This document shows positions 29,738-40,287 of a stretch of DNA of 64,000 nt, piece by piece. How positions within the stretch are numbered: the first letter of the stretch is position 1; each line of letters opens with the position of its first letter. The notes under the pieces were generated by a model. It was given only the letters and a program-made list of their open reading frames with translations, had not been told where the DNA came from and did not search any database. Origin of the DNA: Ilumatobacteraceae bacterium (GTDB lineage: Bacteria; Actinomycetota; Acidimicrobiia; Acidimicrobiales; Ilumatobacteraceae). Both the position numbers and the translations under genes were made by a program. Location of the stretch: contig JAHEKY010000007.1 of assembly GCA_024644465.1 (NCBI GenBank), positions 351-64,350 of the forward strand. Reading direction: 5' to 3'.

Positions 29738-30313
29738 ATGAGTAGTGATCAACCCGGATTCGGTCGCGACGACCTCGATCGGCTCGCCCAGCGAGCGGTC
29801 GATGCGGTGCTGCGCCTCGTCCGCAGAGCAGCGGCGCTGGCACGGGGTGTGCTGCTGTTCACGATCGTCTGTGCCGTCGGCAGCTTCCTGCTCGGGATCG
29901 CGGCGCTGTCCGGTGGGATCGAGCGCGTCTGGATCGTGCTCGGCGGGTTCTTCGCGGTGCTCGCGATCTGGGCGATCCTCACCGCGCTGCTCCGGCTCCG
30001 AGCGGTCCGCCGCGGGGCCGATGCCCTCTTCGGCGAAGTGCGAGCGTTGATCAGCGGCAGCGAACAGACCGAACGCACGGTGATCGAGACGGTCGAGTCG
30101 GCGGACGGCGCAGGGAACGAAGGCCTCGTCGTGATGTCCCGGCAGTTCTCCTCGATGCAGCACGCGATCGGTGATCGTGTCGACCAGTTCCGCGGCCTCG
30201 CATCGGCACTGTCAGCCGTGACGAGCTTCCCCGGCCTCGTCGCGCTCGCGATCCTCGTCTCGTTCGTCTTCGCCGGCCTCGGCCTGTTGTTCCTGATCGC
30301 CCTCGCGCTCTGA
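29738..30313 (+). CDS. Hypothetical membrane protein
   Basis: Three TM segments; GGAG RBS. Confidence 0.6.
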   Translation: MSSDQPGFGRDDLDRLAQRAVDAVLRLVRRAAALARGVLLFTIVCAVGSFLLGIAALSGGIERVWIVLGGFFAVLAIWAILTALLRLRAVRRGADALFGEVRALISGSEQTERTVIETVESADGAGNEGLVVMSRQFSSMQHAIGDRVDQFRGLASALSAVTSFPGLVALAILVSFVFAGLGLLFLIALAL

Positions 30314-30321
30314 GCGCTCGG

Positions 30322-31848
30322 TCAGGCGGGCGTGCCCGCATCGCGGCGGGCGGCGGTCATTCGTCGAGCGGCCGGAATCGCCGCGAGCAGCGCGGCTGCC
30401 TTGTTCCGGCATTCGAGGTCTTCGTCGTCCGGCACCGAGTCGGCGACGATGCCCGCGCCCGCCTGCAGGCTGGCGGTCGAGCCGTCGCCGGTGATGAACA
30501 TCGTGCGAATCGCGATCGCGGTGTCGAGGTTGCCGGACCAGTCGATGTAGCCGACGACGCCCGCGTAGGGGCCACGCTTGACCGGTTCGAGCTCGTCGAT
30601 GATCTCCATCGCCCGCACCTTCGGCGCTCCGGACACCGTGCCCGCGGGCAGCGTCGCCCGGAGCACGTCGATCGGCCCGAGGCCGTCGCGTAGTCGGCCG
30701 GACACCTGCGACGTGAGGTGCATCACGTGGCTGTACCGCTCCAACGTCATCAGTTCGTCGACGTGCATCGAGCCGTACTCGGCGACCCTGCCGACGTCGT
30801 TGCGGGCGAGGTCGAGGAGCATCACGTGTTCGGCGCGCTCCTTCGGGTGCTCGATCAGCTCGGCGGCCATCAGCCGGTCGTGCTCGTCGTTCTTGCCCCG
30901 GCGCCGGGTGCCGGCGATCGGCCGGGAGATCACCCGGCGGTCGAGCAGCTGCACCATCGGCTCGGGCGACGACCCGACGATCGTCAGCTCCGGATGGCGC
31001 ACGAAGTACATGTACGGCGACGGGTTGACCTGGCGCAGGACGCGGTAGACGTCGAACGGATCCGCCTCGAGCTCGATGTCGTACCGTTGGGCGAGCACGA
31101 CCTGGAAGATGTCGCCGGCGACCACGTAGTCCTTCGCGACGTCGACCGCCCGTTGGTACATGCCGCCGGGCATCGTCGAGCGCAGTGTCGGCAGCTCGTC
31201 GTCGGCTGCCGGCGGGGCGACCGGCGTGTACGGCAGCGGCTCGGCGAGGTCGGCGACCGCTTGCTCGACGCGGCTGACGGCGGCGTCGTAGGCCGCGTCC
31301 AGTTCGGCGGCGTCGAGCCCGAGCGTCGGCACGCTCTCGATCAGGTACACCCGCTGGCGCCAGTGGTCGAACGCGGCGAGCGAGCCGATCACCGACATCA
31401 CCGCATCCGGGTAGGCACGGTCGTCGGTCGGTACGTCGGGGAGCGACTCGATCTCGCGCACGATGTCGTAGCCGAGGAACCCGACGATGCCACCGTGCAA
31501 GGGTGGAAGATCCTCGAAGACGGGGCTGGTGTACTCGCCGAGCAACGCTTCGAGCGCGGCCAGCATGCCGTCACCGGTCGGGATGCCTTCCGGCAACGGG
31601 CCGTCCAGTTCGACGACGCCGTCACGCAGCACGAGCGTCGCCGACGGGTTCCGGCCGACGAACGAGAATCGCGCCCACCGCTCGGCACCCTCGACCGACT
31701 CGAGCAGGAAGCCCGGGCCGTCGCCGACGAGCTTGGCGTACGCCGCGACCGGTGTCTCGAGGTCGGCGAGCAACTCGGTCCACACGGGAACGACCGTGTG
31801 CTCGGCCGCGTGGGCGTGGAACGCGGCTCGGGTCGGCTGGAAGTTCAT
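30322..31848 (-). CDS. trpE: Anthranilate synthase component I
   Basis: LLESV, NPSPYM, PIAGT, KERAEHVML, AGTVSGAPKVRAM. Confidence 0.95.
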   Translation of the reverse strand: MNFQPTRAAFHAHAAEHTVVPVWTELLADLETPVAAYAKLVGDGPGFLLESVEGAERWARFSFVGRNPSATLVLRDGVVELDGPLPEGIPTGDGMLAALEALLGEYTSPVFEDLPPLHGGIVGFLGYDIVREIESLPDVPTDDRAYPDAVMSVIGSLAAFDHWRQRVYLIESVPTLGLDAAELDAAYDAAVSRVEQAVADLAEPLPYTPVAPPAADDELPTLRSTMPGGMYQRAVDVAKDYVVAGDIFQVVLAQRYDIELEADPFDVYRVLRQVNPSPYMYFVRHPELTIVGSSPEPMVQLLDRRVISRPIAGTRRRGKNDEHDRLMAAELIEHPKERAEHVMLLDLARNDVGRVAEYGSMHVDELMTLERYSHVMHLTSQVSGRLRDGLGPIDVLRATLPAGTVSGAPKVRAMEIIDELEPVKRGPYAGVVGYIDWSGNLDTAIAIRTMFITGDGSTASLQAGAGIVADSVPDDEDLECRNKAAALLAAIPAARRMTAARRDAGTPA

Positions 31849-31852
31849 GTGG

Positions 31853-32215
31853 TCAGGAGTCGGGACCGAAGCGGCGGAAGAAACAGCTCCTGGCACCGGT
31901 GTGGCAGGCACCGCCGCCGAGTTGTTCGACCTTGAACAGCAGCGCGTCCGCGTCGCAGTCGTAGAAGGCGTCGCGTACGAGTTGGTGGTCGCCGCTCGTG
32001 TCGCCCTTGCGCCAGAGTTCCTGGCGGCTGCGCGACCAGTACACCATCCGGCCCTCCGCGAGCGTCATCTGCAGGGACTCGGCGTTCATCCACGCGAGCA
32101 TCAGGATCTCGCCGTCGTCGACGTCCTGGGCGATCGCGGTGACGAGGCCGTCGTCGTTGTACTTGATGCCGGCCAACTGTTCGGCCGTCGCGTCGATCGT
32201 CGTCCCCTCGGGCAT
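31853..32215 (-). CDS. hisI: Phosphoribosyl-AMP cyclohydrolase
   Basis: [30 protein letters not shown]. Confidence 0.95.
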   Translation of the reverse strand: MPEGTTIDATAEQLAGIKYNDDGLVTAIAQDVDDGEILMLAWMNAESLQMTLAEGRMVYWSRSRQELWRKGDTSGDHQLVRDAFYDCDADALLFKVEQLGGGACHTGARSCFFRRFGPDS

Positions 32216-32258
32216 CCGGCCAGCCTACGGACGTGCCGCGCCGGGCGGCGCCGTGATT

Positions 32259-32543
32259 TCAGCCGTCGACGACTTCCGAGATCTGGACCGCGGTCTCGGC
32301 GTTCGTGAAGTTCGGGATGTCGGACAGCGCCTCGCCGGCCGCGCCCATCCCTGCCTTCATCGCGTCCATCGAGTCGAAGAACAGGTTGCCGACCGCGATG
32401 TACGGTCCGTCGACGCCGGAATCGATCGCCCGGCTGCTCGGCTTCATCGTGCGATCCACGATCCCCATGTGCGTCGTCTTGTAGTAGTCCATGTCGAAGG
32501 TGACGTCGTCACCCTTCTGGTACATCACGCTGACCTTGATCAT
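32259..32543 (-). CDS. EthD family protein
   Basis: MIKVSVMY, FDMDYY..TH, DIPNFTN. Confidence 0.85.
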   Translation of the reverse strand: MIKVSVMYQKGDDVTFDMDYYKTTHMGIVDRTMKPSSRAIDSGVDGPYIAVGNLFFDSMDAMKAGMGAAGEALSDIPNFTNAETAVQISEVVDG

Positions 32544-32625
32544 CGATTCCTCCTGTGGTCGAGAACGTCACCATACGACAGACGGCGCCTCCGCCGGGAC
32601 CGACGTCAGCGGCGCAGCCGTGCGG

Positions 32626-33243
32626 TCAGTCCGATCCGCCGAGGCGGGTCGACGCGGCCGCGGCGAGGCGTCGTTGCGCGTCGGCGGCGCGTCCTTCGTC
32701 CATCTCGATGCCGATGAACCCTCGACCGAGCAGCAGGCACGCCACGCCGATCGCCGCCGACCCGCAGAACGGGTCGAGGACGGTGTCGCCCGGACGAGAC
32801 ATCGCCTTGACGATCGTCGCCATCGCGTTCACGTCTCGGGCGTTCTCGTGATCGGACGCGGGCACGACGTCGTCCGGCCAGTGCTCGGCCGCGACGTCGT
32901 GACCGGTCACAGCGTTGAACGTCAGGAAGTGGGCGGCTTCACCCCGATGATCGGCGAACCCGTCGGCCACCTTCAGAACGTTCGCCTGCGGCAGCAGCGG
33001 CCGATACGCGTCGATCCTGGCCGGCGGTTGCGAGATCGCAACCCGGTCGTCCGTGCTCACGCGCCGCATCTCCTCGATGTACGGGTGGATCCGTACCCAG
33101 TACCGGGCGACCGGTCGCTCGAACCCCATCCCCACGTACGGCGGATCGGCGATCACGCAGTCGACGGATCCGTTGTCCATGTCGCGCATCACATCGAGGC
33201 TGTCGCCGACGACGATCCGGAACGGTGTGCCGTGATCCTCCAC
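32626..33243 (-). CDS. Orphan N4-C/N6-A DNA methyltransferase-like protein (beta order)
   Basis: DPPY precedes VLDPFCGS...GRGFIGIE. Confidence 0.78.
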   Translation of the reverse strand: MEDHGTPFRIVVGDSLDVMRDMDNGSVDCVIADPPYVGMGFERPVARYWVRIHPYIEEMRRVSTDDRVAISQPPARIDAYRPLLPQANVLKVADGFADHRGEAAHFLTFNAVTGHDVAAEHWPDDVVPASDHENARDVNAMATIVKAMSRPGDTVLDPFCGSAAIGVACLLLGRGFIGIEMDEGRAADAQRRLAAAASTRLGGSD

Positions 33244-33261
33244 GTGCTCGGCCCGTCCCGC

Positions 33262-33588
33262 CTACAGGTACAGCCCGGTGCTCGCCTCGATGCGCTCCGC
33301 AGCGACGGCGTGCAACTCGCGTTCGCGCAACATGACGAGGTCCTCGCCCTGCACCTCGACCTCGTAGCGGTCGTCGGGGCTGAACAGCACCTTGTCGCCG
33401 ACCTCGCACGAGCGGACGTTCTGGCCCTGCGCGACGACCGTCGCCCAGACGAGGCGCTTCGCGACCTGCGCCGTCGCGGGGATCACGATGCCGCCCGACG
33501 ACTTGCGCTCGCCGTCCTTGTCCGAGATCTTCACCAGGACGCGGTCGTTCAGCATCTTGATCGGGAGCTTGTCGTCGGACCCTGCCAT
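33262..33588 (-). CDS. GroES-like (Cpn10) co-chaperonin paralog
   Basis: LNDRVLV, RKSSGGIVIP, VGDKVLF; no groEL adjacent. Confidence 0.85.
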   Translation of the reverse strand: MAGSDDKLPIKMLNDRVLVKISDKDGERKSSGGIVIPATAQVAKRLVWATVVAQGQNVRSCEVGDKVLFSPDDRYEVEVQGEDLVMLRERELHAVAAERIEASTGLYL

Positions 33589-33614
33589 CGGGACCGAGGG
33601 TACCGTTGATTCGC

Positions 33615-34232
33615 ATGACGCCGCCCGCCGCCGTGACGACGATCGAGTTCGAATCCCTCGACGGCACGCAGCTGGCCGGCGACCTCGCCGTTCCGGCGTC
33701 GCCGCGGGCAGCCGCAATCGTCTGCCATCCGCATCCCCAGTTCGGCGGTGATCGTCACAACGCGGTCGTGCAGGCGCTGTTCGACGCGCTGCCATCGGCA
33801 GGGATCGCCGCGCTGCGGTTCGACTTCCGAGAGAAATACGAGGACGGTCGCGGCGAAGCGCTCGACGCCACAGCCGCGCTCCGCACGCTCGCGCAGGCTG
33901 TCCCCGCCGTGCCGCTGATCGCGACCGGCTACTCGTTCGGGGCCGCTGTCGCACTCGCCCTCGCCGACCCGGCAATCTCTGCGAAGCTGCTGATCGCACC
34001 GCCGCTGACGATGGCCGGCGTCGAGCCGGCGATGGCGGTCCCCACGTTGGTGCTGACGCCGGAGCACGACCAGTTCAGCCCGCCGGAGGCGTCGGCGCCG
34101 ATCGTCGACACCTGGCCGATGGCCGACCACGACACGATCGCAGGCGCGGACCACTTCCTCGTCGGCCACGCAGCCGACGCCGCCGCCGAAGCGGTTGCCG
34201 GCCTCGACCGCTGGCTGTCCTCGCTCGCCTGA
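33615..34232 (+). CDS. Alpha/beta hydrolase
   Basis: HPHPQFGG, GYSFG and ADHF motifs. Confidence 0.88.
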   Translation: MTPPAAVTTIEFESLDGTQLAGDLAVPASPRAAAIVCHPHPQFGGDRHNAVVQALFDALPSAGIAALRFDFREKYEDGRGEALDATAALRTLAQAVPAVPLIATGYSFGAAVALALADPAISAKLLIAPPLTMAGVEPAMAVPTLVLTPEHDQFSPPEASAPIVDTWPMADHDTIAGADHFLVGHAADAAAEAVAGLDRWLSSLA

Positions 34233-34250
34233 GCCGAGGCCCGGCGAACG

Positions 34251-35243
34251 TCACTTCGCGACGGCGGCTTCCATCTCCTGCTTGACCTCGTCGGTCAGGA
34301 GGGGGATCACGTCGACGGTCTTGAAGTTCTGCACGACCTGGGAGACCTTCGACGCGCCGGTGATCACCGTCGACACGTTCGGGTTCTTCGTGCACCAGGC
34401 CAACGCGAGTTGTGCCATCGTGCAACCGAGCCGATCTGCGATCGGGCGCAGCTTCTCGACGCGGGCGACCTCTTCGGGGTTGGTGAGGCGGTCGGCGAGC
34501 CAGCCGTACCCGTCGAGCGCGGCCCGCGAGTCGTCCGGGACACCGTCGCGGTACTTGCCGGTGAGCAGCCCTGACGCGAGCGGGCTCCAGATCGTGTTGC
34601 CGTAGCCGAAGTCCGCCTGCAAGCGGGCGTACTCCTTCTCGACGCGGCGTCGTTCGAGCAGGTTGTACTGGCTCTGCTCGGTGATCGGCTTGTGCAGGTG
34701 ATGCCGCTCGGCGATCTCGATCGCAGCGCGGATCTCCTCGGCACTCCACTCGCTCGTCCCCCAGTAGGTCGCCTTGCCCGACGACACGATGTCGCTCATC
34801 GCGAACACCGTCTCTTCCATCGGCGTCTCCGGGTCGGAGCGGTGGCAGTACAGCACGTCGACGAAGTCGAGCTGGAAACGCTCGAGCGATCCGTCGATGC
34901 CATGCATCAGGTACTTGCGGTTGGTCGTGTTGCTCATGTTCGGGACGTCGCCGTGGATCCCCCAGAACAGCTTCGTCGTCAGCACGTAGCTCCACCGCGG
35001 CCAGCCGAGCTCGCGCAGTGCATGGCCCATGATCTCCTCGCTCCGGCCGCCGGCGTACACCTCGGCGTTGTCGAAGAAGTTGCACCCGGCATCGCCCGCA
35101 GCCGCCATGCACTCGACCGCGAGATTGTCGTCCACCTGCGTGTCGAAGGTGACCCAACTGCCGAAGGACAGCACACTGACCTTGAGACCGCTGTTGCCGA
35201 GCCGCCGGTATTCCATGTCGGGGTTCACGTTGGGAGTTGCCAT
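34251..35243 (-). CDS. Aldo/keto reductase (Kv-beta-like)
   Basis: [40 protein letters not shown]. Confidence 0.92.
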   Translation of the reverse strand: MATPNVNPDMEYRRLGNSGLKVSVLSFGSWVTFDTQVDDNLAVECMAAAGDAGCNFFDNAEVYAGGRSEEIMGHALRELGWPRWSYVLTTKLFWGIHGDVPNMSNTTNRKYLMHGIDGSLERFQLDFVDVLYCHRSDPETPMEETVFAMSDIVSSGKATYWGTSEWSAEEIRAAIEIAERHHLHKPITEQSQYNLLERRRVEKEYARLQADFGYGNTIWSPLASGLLTGKYRDGVPDDSRAALDGYGWLADRLTNPEEVARVEKLRPIADRLGCTMAQLALAWCTKNPNVSTVITGASKVSQVVQNFKTVDVIPLLTDEVKQEMEAAVAK

Positions 35244-35293
35244 CCAGCCGAGGGTACCGAGCGCTCCGACCGACGACAGCCTGCAACCGCAGG

Positions 35294-35998
35294 TCAACCG
35301 GCGACGGCCGCGCGATCGGCGGCGATCTCGCGATCCATCTGGTCGAGCACTGCGCCGCGCAGCTTGCGCACGGTGCCGGCGTACGCACCGGCATCGAGCG
35401 CGGCGAACTCGTTCGCCGCTGTGACGGCGGCGTCGAGCACGTCGGCCTCGGCGATGACCTGGTCGAGGAAGCCTGCGTCGACGGCGTCGGCGCCGTTCGT
35501 CAGCCGAGCAGTCGCCACGGCGCGCTGCAGATGGCGACGGCTCAGCCGGTCGGTTGCGATCGTGAACGCCCAGTCGGGCAGCACCATCGCGATCGCCACT
35601 TCGTTGAGGCCGATCTTGCAGTCGATGTCGGCACCGATGCGCAGGTCGCAGCCCAGCAGGACGAGCGCGCCGGCGGCCAGCGCGTGGCCCGTACACGCCG
35701 CAACGACGGGCACACCCGCCCCGTAGATCGTCCGAACCAGCTCACCGCCGTCGGAGACCAGGTTCGCCATCGCCGCGAAGTCGCCCCCGCGCATCACGTT
35801 GAGGTCGAAGCCCGCGGAGAACTTGCCCTCGCGACCGTGCAGGACGACTGCGCTGACATCGGGATCTGCCTCGGCAGAGCGGATCGTGGCGATCAGCTCG
35901 GCGATGACGGCGTTCGACAGCGCGTTCGCCTTGCCGTCGTCGAGGTGGACGACCTCGACGACGCCGCGCCGTTCGGTGGTGACGGAACCAGAGCTCAT
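35294..35998 (-). CDS. Crotonase/enoyl-CoA hydratase family protein
   Basis: [28 protein letters not shown]. Confidence 0.9.
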   Translation of the reverse strand: MSSGSVTTERRGVVEVVHLDDGKANALSNAVIAELIATIRSAEADPDVSAVVLHGREGKFSAGFDLNVMRGGDFAAMANLVSDGGELVRTIYGAGVPVVAACTGHALAAGALVLLGCDLRIGADIDCKIGLNEVAIAMVLPDWAFTIATDRLSRRHLQRAVATARLTNGADAVDAGFLDQVIAEADVLDAAVTAANEFAALDAGAYAGTVRKLRGAVLDQMDREIAADRAAVAG

Positions 35999-36008
35999 CG
36001 TGCCGACG

Positions 36009-36830
36009 CTATGCAATCGGGCCGGTGCCGCCGAAGTCCGCCGACGACGGGGGTCGAACGGTGATCCCGGCGCGCGCCATCACCGCCTTCGCCTCGGCAA
36101 CGGTGTGCTCCCGGAAGTGGAAGATCGACGCGGCGAGTACCGCGTCGGCGCCGCCGTCGGTGATGCCGTCAGCGAGGTGCTGCAGCGACCCGACGCCGCC
36201 ACTGGCGATGATCGGCACGTTGACCACGTCGGTGATCGCGCGGGTCAGTTCGACGTCGAAACCCGCCCGGGTGCCGTCGCGATCCATCGACGTCACCAGC
36301 AACTCGCCGGCGCCGCGCCGCACGGCCTCGGCGGCCCACCCGACGGCGTCGATGCCGGTCGGCGTGCGCCCGCCGTGCACGTACACCTCCCAGCCGTCGC
36401 CGGGGGTCCACGGCCGGTCTGCGACCGAGACCCGTTTGGCGTCGATCGCGCACACGACGCACTGGACGCCGAACTCGGCGGCGATCTCCTCGATCAGCTC
36501 CGGGCGCTCGACCGCCGCGGTGTTGACGCTGACCTTGTCCGCCCCGGCCCGCAGCATCCGTCGCGCGTCTTCGAGCGTGCGGATGCCACCGCCGACGGTG
36601 AACGGGATGTACACCTGGTCGGCGACGTGGTGGACCATGTCGACGGTCGTGTCGCGGTTGTCGCTCGACGCAGTGATGTCGAGAAACACGAGCTCGTCGG
36701 CGCCTTCGAGGTCGTAGCGGGCCGCCAGTTCGACCGGATCGCCCGCATCGCGCAGGCCGACGAAGTTCGTTCCCTTGACGACCCGCCCCTCGGTGACGTC
36801 GAGACACGGGATCACCCGCGCCACCCTCAT
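36009..36830 (-). CDS. hisF: Imidazole glycerol phosphate synthase cyclase subunit
   Basis: [37 protein letters not shown]. Confidence 0.96.
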   Translation of the reverse strand: MRVARVIPCLDVTEGRVVKGTNFVGLRDAGDPVELAARYDLEGADELVFLDITASSDNRDTTVDMVHHVADQVYIPFTVGGGIRTLEDARRMLRAGADKVSVNTAAVERPELIEEIAAEFGVQCVVCAIDAKRVSVADRPWTPGDGWEVYVHGGRTPTGIDAVGWAAEAVRRGAGELLVTSMDRDGTRAGFDVELTRAITDVVNVPIIASGGVGSLQHLADGITDGGADAVLAASIFHFREHTVAEAKAVMARAGITVRPPSSADFGGTGPIA

Positions 36831-37579
36831 CGCTCGCCGCCGTGGCCCGGGCACGCCTGCCCGGCGCGCGAGAGCGCGGCGAGTGCCTGCTCGACGGTGA
36901 ACCGCCCCTCGTACACGGCCTTGCCCGTGATCACGCCACCGAGGCCCGGGATCGAGGCGAGCGCCGCGATGTCTTCGAGGCTGGAGACGCCGCCGCTTGC
37001 AATCACCGGCGCCGCGGCGAGTTCGGCCGAGCGGCTGAGGCCCGCGATGTCGGGGCCCTCCAGCATGCCGTCACGGCTGATGTCGGTGATCACGAACACG
37101 GCGGCGGTCGGGAACAACCGATACGCATCGTCCAGCAGCATCCCGCTGCCCTGCGTCCACCCGTGTACGGCGAGTTCACCCGCCCGGTGGTCGAGGCCGA
37201 CCGCGACCGGCACGATCTCCGACGCCTCCGCAACCAGATTCGGTTCGCGCACCGCCGCGGACCCCATCACGACGCGGGCGACCCCGGCCGCGGCCAGCTC
37301 GCGGGCGTCGTCAAGACGCCGCACACCGCCGCCGGTCTGCACCTGCGCTGTGTCGGCGACCGCAGCCGCGACAGCGGCGACGACGGGTCGGTTCACCGGG
37401 TCGCCCGAACGGGCCGCGTCGAGGTCCACGACGTGGATCCACCGTGCGCCGGCGGCGGCGAACTCGCGCGCCACCTGCACCGGGTCGTTTCCGTACACCG
37501 TCTCGTCGGCGTAGTCGCCCTGCCGGAGGCGGACGACCCGGCCGCCGAGCAGGTCGATCGCGGGGAACAGTTCGATCAT
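36827..37579 (-). CDS. hisA: ProFAR isomerase (HisA/PriA family)
   Basis: [29 protein letters not shown]. Confidence 0.93.
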   Translation of the reverse strand: MIELFPAIDLLGGRVVRLRQGDYADETVYGNDPVQVAREFAAAGARWIHVVDLDAARSGDPVNRPVVAAVAAAVADTAQVQTGGGVRRLDDARELAAAGVARVVMGSAAVREPNLVAEASEIVPVAVGLDHRAGELAVHGWTQGSGMLLDDAYRLFPTAAVFVITDISRDGMLEGPDIAGLSRSAELAAAPVIASGGVSSLEDIAALASIPGLGGVITGKAVYEGRFTVEQALAALSRAGQACPGHGGER

Positions 37580-38238
37580 GCGGTCACCTCCCGATTCGCG
37601 ACATCGGTCGGGCCGGAGCGGGCGCAGATCCCGACGAAGTTCGCCAGCAACGCCAGGCCCGGACGACTCGACTTCTCTGGGTGGAACTGGACGGCGAAGA
37701 CGTTGTCGAGCCGGAACGCGGCGTTGAGCGTCGTGCCGTACTCGACGGTCGCCGCCACGATCGGCGCGTCGTCGGGAACCCCGTGCAACGAGTGGACGAA
37801 GTAGAACCACGGCTCGTCGCCGAGCCCCGCGAACATCGGGTCGTCGGGCTTCGTGAGCCGCAACACGTTCCACTGCATCTGCGGGATCTTCGGGCCGGGC
37901 GGGATCCACATGACCTGGCCGGGGATCACGCCGAGCCCCTGGGCGTCGGGGTCCTCGTCGGATGCGGTGAACAGCATCTGCATGCCGACGCAGATGCCGA
38001 GGAACGGCCGCCCCGATGCGGCGGCATCGACCGCCGGTTGTTCGAGCCCGCATCGGCGCAGCGCGTCCATGCACGCGCCGAACGCACCGACACCGGGCAG
38101 CACGACACCGTCCGCGTCGGCGATCAGCCCGTGGTCTGCCGTGAGACGGGCGTCGGCGCCACCTCGTTCGAGTGCTTTCTGAGCCGAGTGCAGGTTGCCG
38201 ATCCCGTAGTCGAGTACGGCGACGAGCGGACGGGTCAC
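37576..38238 (-). CDS. hisH: Imidazole glycerol phosphate synthase glutaminase subunit
   Basis: DYGIGNLHS, LPGVG, GICVGMQ, QFHPEKS. Confidence 0.95.
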   Translation of the reverse strand: MTRPLVAVLDYGIGNLHSAQKALERGGADARLTADHGLIADADGVVLPGVGAFGACMDALRRCGLEQPAVDAAASGRPFLGICVGMQMLFTASDEDPDAQGLGVIPGQVMWIPPGPKIPQMQWNVLRLTKPDDPMFAGLGDEPWFYFVHSLHGVPDDAPIVAATVEYGTTLNAAFRLDNVFAVQFHPEKSSRPGLALLANFVGICARSGPTDVANREVTA

Positions 38239-38828
38239 AAGACGCCCTTCGTCGACGGCACGCCGCCCGCCCCGTCGACGCGCACCGCGTCGCGCAGTGC
38301 CCGTGCCAGGCCCTTGAACGTCGCCTCGATGATGTGGTGGGTGTTGCGCCCCCGGACGAGTTCGACGTGCAGCGTGATGCCGGCGGCCGTCGCGAAGGAC
38401 GACACGGCGTGTTCCGCCAACTGCGGATCGAACGCCGGCTGACCGAGCGGCAGACTCTCCGGCATCTCGACGAGCCACTCGACGTGGGGGCGGCCCGACA
38501 GGTCGAGGGCGATGTCGACGAGCGACTCGTCGAGCGGGAACCGCCCGCTCGCGAAGCGGCGGATGCCCGCCTTCTCCCCGAGTGCCTCCGCGAACGCCTC
38601 CCCGACGGTGATCGCGACGTCCTCGACCGTGTGGTGGGTGTCGATGTGGAGGTCGCCGTCGGCCTGCACGGTGAGGTCGAACCCGCCGTGGCGGCCGAGC
38701 TGGTCGAGCATGTGGTCGTAGAACGGGATCCCCGTCGAGATGTCGGTGGTGCCCGTCCCGTCGAGGTCGATCGTGACGTCGATCTTCGTCTCCTTGGTCG
38801 AGCGTTGGCGAGTGGCGGTGCGGCTCAT
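38235..38828 (-). CDS. hisB: Imidazoleglycerol-phosphate dehydratase
   Basis: DHML, DTHHTVED, NTHHIIE, PSTKG. Confidence 0.96.
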   Translation of the reverse strand: MSRTATRQRSTKETKIDVTIDLDGTGTTDISTGIPFYDHMLDQLGRHGGFDLTVQADGDLHIDTHHTVEDVAITVGEAFAEALGEKAGIRRFASGRFPLDESLVDIALDLSGRPHVEWLVEMPESLPLGQPAFDPQLAEHAVSSFATAAGITLHVELVRGRNTHHIIEATFKGLARALRDAVRVDGAGGVPSTKGVL

Positions 38829-39916
38829 CGGCTCGTTCCGTTCTGGTCGGGGGGCGGCGGCGCCGCGAGCAGCGCCCGCATCGCATCGAGGAACTCGGTG
38901 TTCTCCCCGGAGGTGCCCACGGTGACCCGCAGGCAGTCGGCGAGCCGTGGCCAACCGGAGCAGTCGCGCACGAGCACGCTCCGATCGACGAGGCCCTGCC
39001 AGATCGCGCGCCCAGCGTGATGGCGCGGCCGGAACAGGACGAAGTTGGCGCCGCTCGGGAACACCTCGATGTCGAGCGATGCGAGTTCGGTGCTGATCCG
39101 TTCCCGCTCGGCGACGATCTGCTTGACGCGCGCGTCCATCTCGTCGGAGTACCGCAGCGCGAGCCGACCCGCGATCTGCTTGACCGCATCGAGGTGGTAC
39201 GGCAGGACGACCTTGTCGAGTTCCGCGACGAGCGCGGCCGGCCCGACGAGGTAGCCGAGCCGGGCGCCGGCCATCGACCACGTCTTCGAGAACGTCCGCG
39301 TCACGACGAGCGGGACGTCCTCGCCGACGAGATCGAGCGCGGTCCAGTCGGCGAACTGCGCGTACGCCTCGTCGACGACGACCAGACCGGGCGCGGACGC
39401 GATCAACTGCCGCACGCGCTCGGCTGGTTCGACGAGCCCGGTCGGGTTGTTCGGCGACGTCAGGAAGACGACATGGGGCCGCGCGGTCGCGAGCACGCGG
39501 TCGACCTCGCCGGGGTCGAGCGTGAAGTCCGCAGCCCGCTCACCTTCGACGACGGTCGCACCGGTGACCCGCGCGATCTGGGCATGCATCTGATACGTCG
39601 GTTCGAACGTCGCCACCGTGCGGCCGGGGCCCGCATACGCGAGCAGCACGGTCTGGAGGACTTCGTTCGAGCCGTTGGCGACGAACACCATCGACGGGTC
39701 GACGTCGTGGCTGTCGGCGATCGCGGCCCGCAGCTCGGCGGCCGAGCGGTCCGGGTAGCGGTGCCACTGCACACGCGACATCTCGGCGGCCACCGCATCT
39801 CGGAACGCGGCAGGCGGCGGCTCGGGTGACTCGTTCGTGTTCAGCCGGATCCTGACGTCGACCTGCGCCGAGTGGTAGCCCTCCAGGGCGCGCAGATCGG
39901 GGCGAACGCTGATCAC
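38825..39916 (-). CDS. hisC: Histidinol-phosphate aminotransferase
   Basis: LNTNE, NGSNE, SPNNPTG, VDEAY, RTFSK..S.AGARLG. Confidence 0.94.
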   Translation of the reverse strand: MISVRPDLRALEGYHSAQVDVRIRLNTNESPEPPPAAFRDAVAAEMSRVQWHRYPDRSAAELRAAIADSHDVDPSMVFVANGSNEVLQTVLLAYAGPGRTVATFEPTYQMHAQIARVTGATVVEGERAADFTLDPGEVDRVLATARPHVVFLTSPNNPTGLVEPAERVRQLIASAPGLVVVDEAYAQFADWTALDLVGEDVPLVVTRTFSKTWSMAGARLGYLVGPAALVAELDKVVLPYHLDAVKQIAGRLALRYSDEMDARVKQIVAERERISTELASLDIEVFPSGANFVLFRPRHHAGRAIWQGLVDRSVLVRDCSGWPRLADCLRVTVGTSGENTEFLDAMRALLAAPPPPDQNGTSR

Positions 39917-39958
39917 GCGGCCGAATTGTACCGACGGCGACGGGCTACCCTGCCCCTG

Positions 39959-40162
39959 GTGGCAGCATCGCTGGAACGCACGGCAGCGGAACTCTCGGCA
40001 ATCGCGGACAGCGTGGCCCGCTCCCGCGAGCGCGTCGCGACACTGGCCGAGCCGTACATCGGCTCGGATCGAGACGACATCGTCGTGGCGATTCACGAGG
40101 CCGAGCGCCAACTGCGCAGCGCCGAGCGTGGTCTCGCACGCGCGCTACGCGCTGTTCGCTGA
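39959..40162 (+). CDS. Small helical hypothetical protein
   Basis: Amphipathic 67-aa ORF with TACCCT -10 hexamer 7 nt upstream of GTG. Confidence 0.55.
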   Translation: MAASLERTAAELSAIADSVARSRERVATLAEPYIGSDRDDIVVAIHEAERQLRSAERGLARALRAVR

Positions 40163-40181
40163 CGTGGGTGGGTCCGTCCCG

Positions 40182-40219
40182 AAAAAGCGGCGACGGCCCC
40201 TGGTGGGAGGGGCCGTCGC
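40182..40219 (-). terminator. Intrinsic terminator
   Basis: GCGACGGCCCCT/AGGGGCCGTCGC perfect stem, then CGC-TTTTT on the minus strand. Confidence 0.8.
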
Positions 40220-40281
40220 TCATGCGACGTCAGGCGGCGGATCCTGACTGTCGCAGCAAACCAGGTGGCGGGAACCTGGTT
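40182..40281 (-). ncRNA. Candidate three-hairpin small RNA with C-rich loops
   Basis: Upstream TTGCGT-N18-TAACTT promoter; three stem-loops; final 12-bp stem followed by TTTTT. Confidence 0.55.
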
Positions 40282-40287
40282 GCTGCA

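Noticed and set aside
32626-33243. Restriction-modification or defence system
   Set aside because: No nuclease or specificity gene is adjacent; the neighbours are GroES-like and EthD genes.
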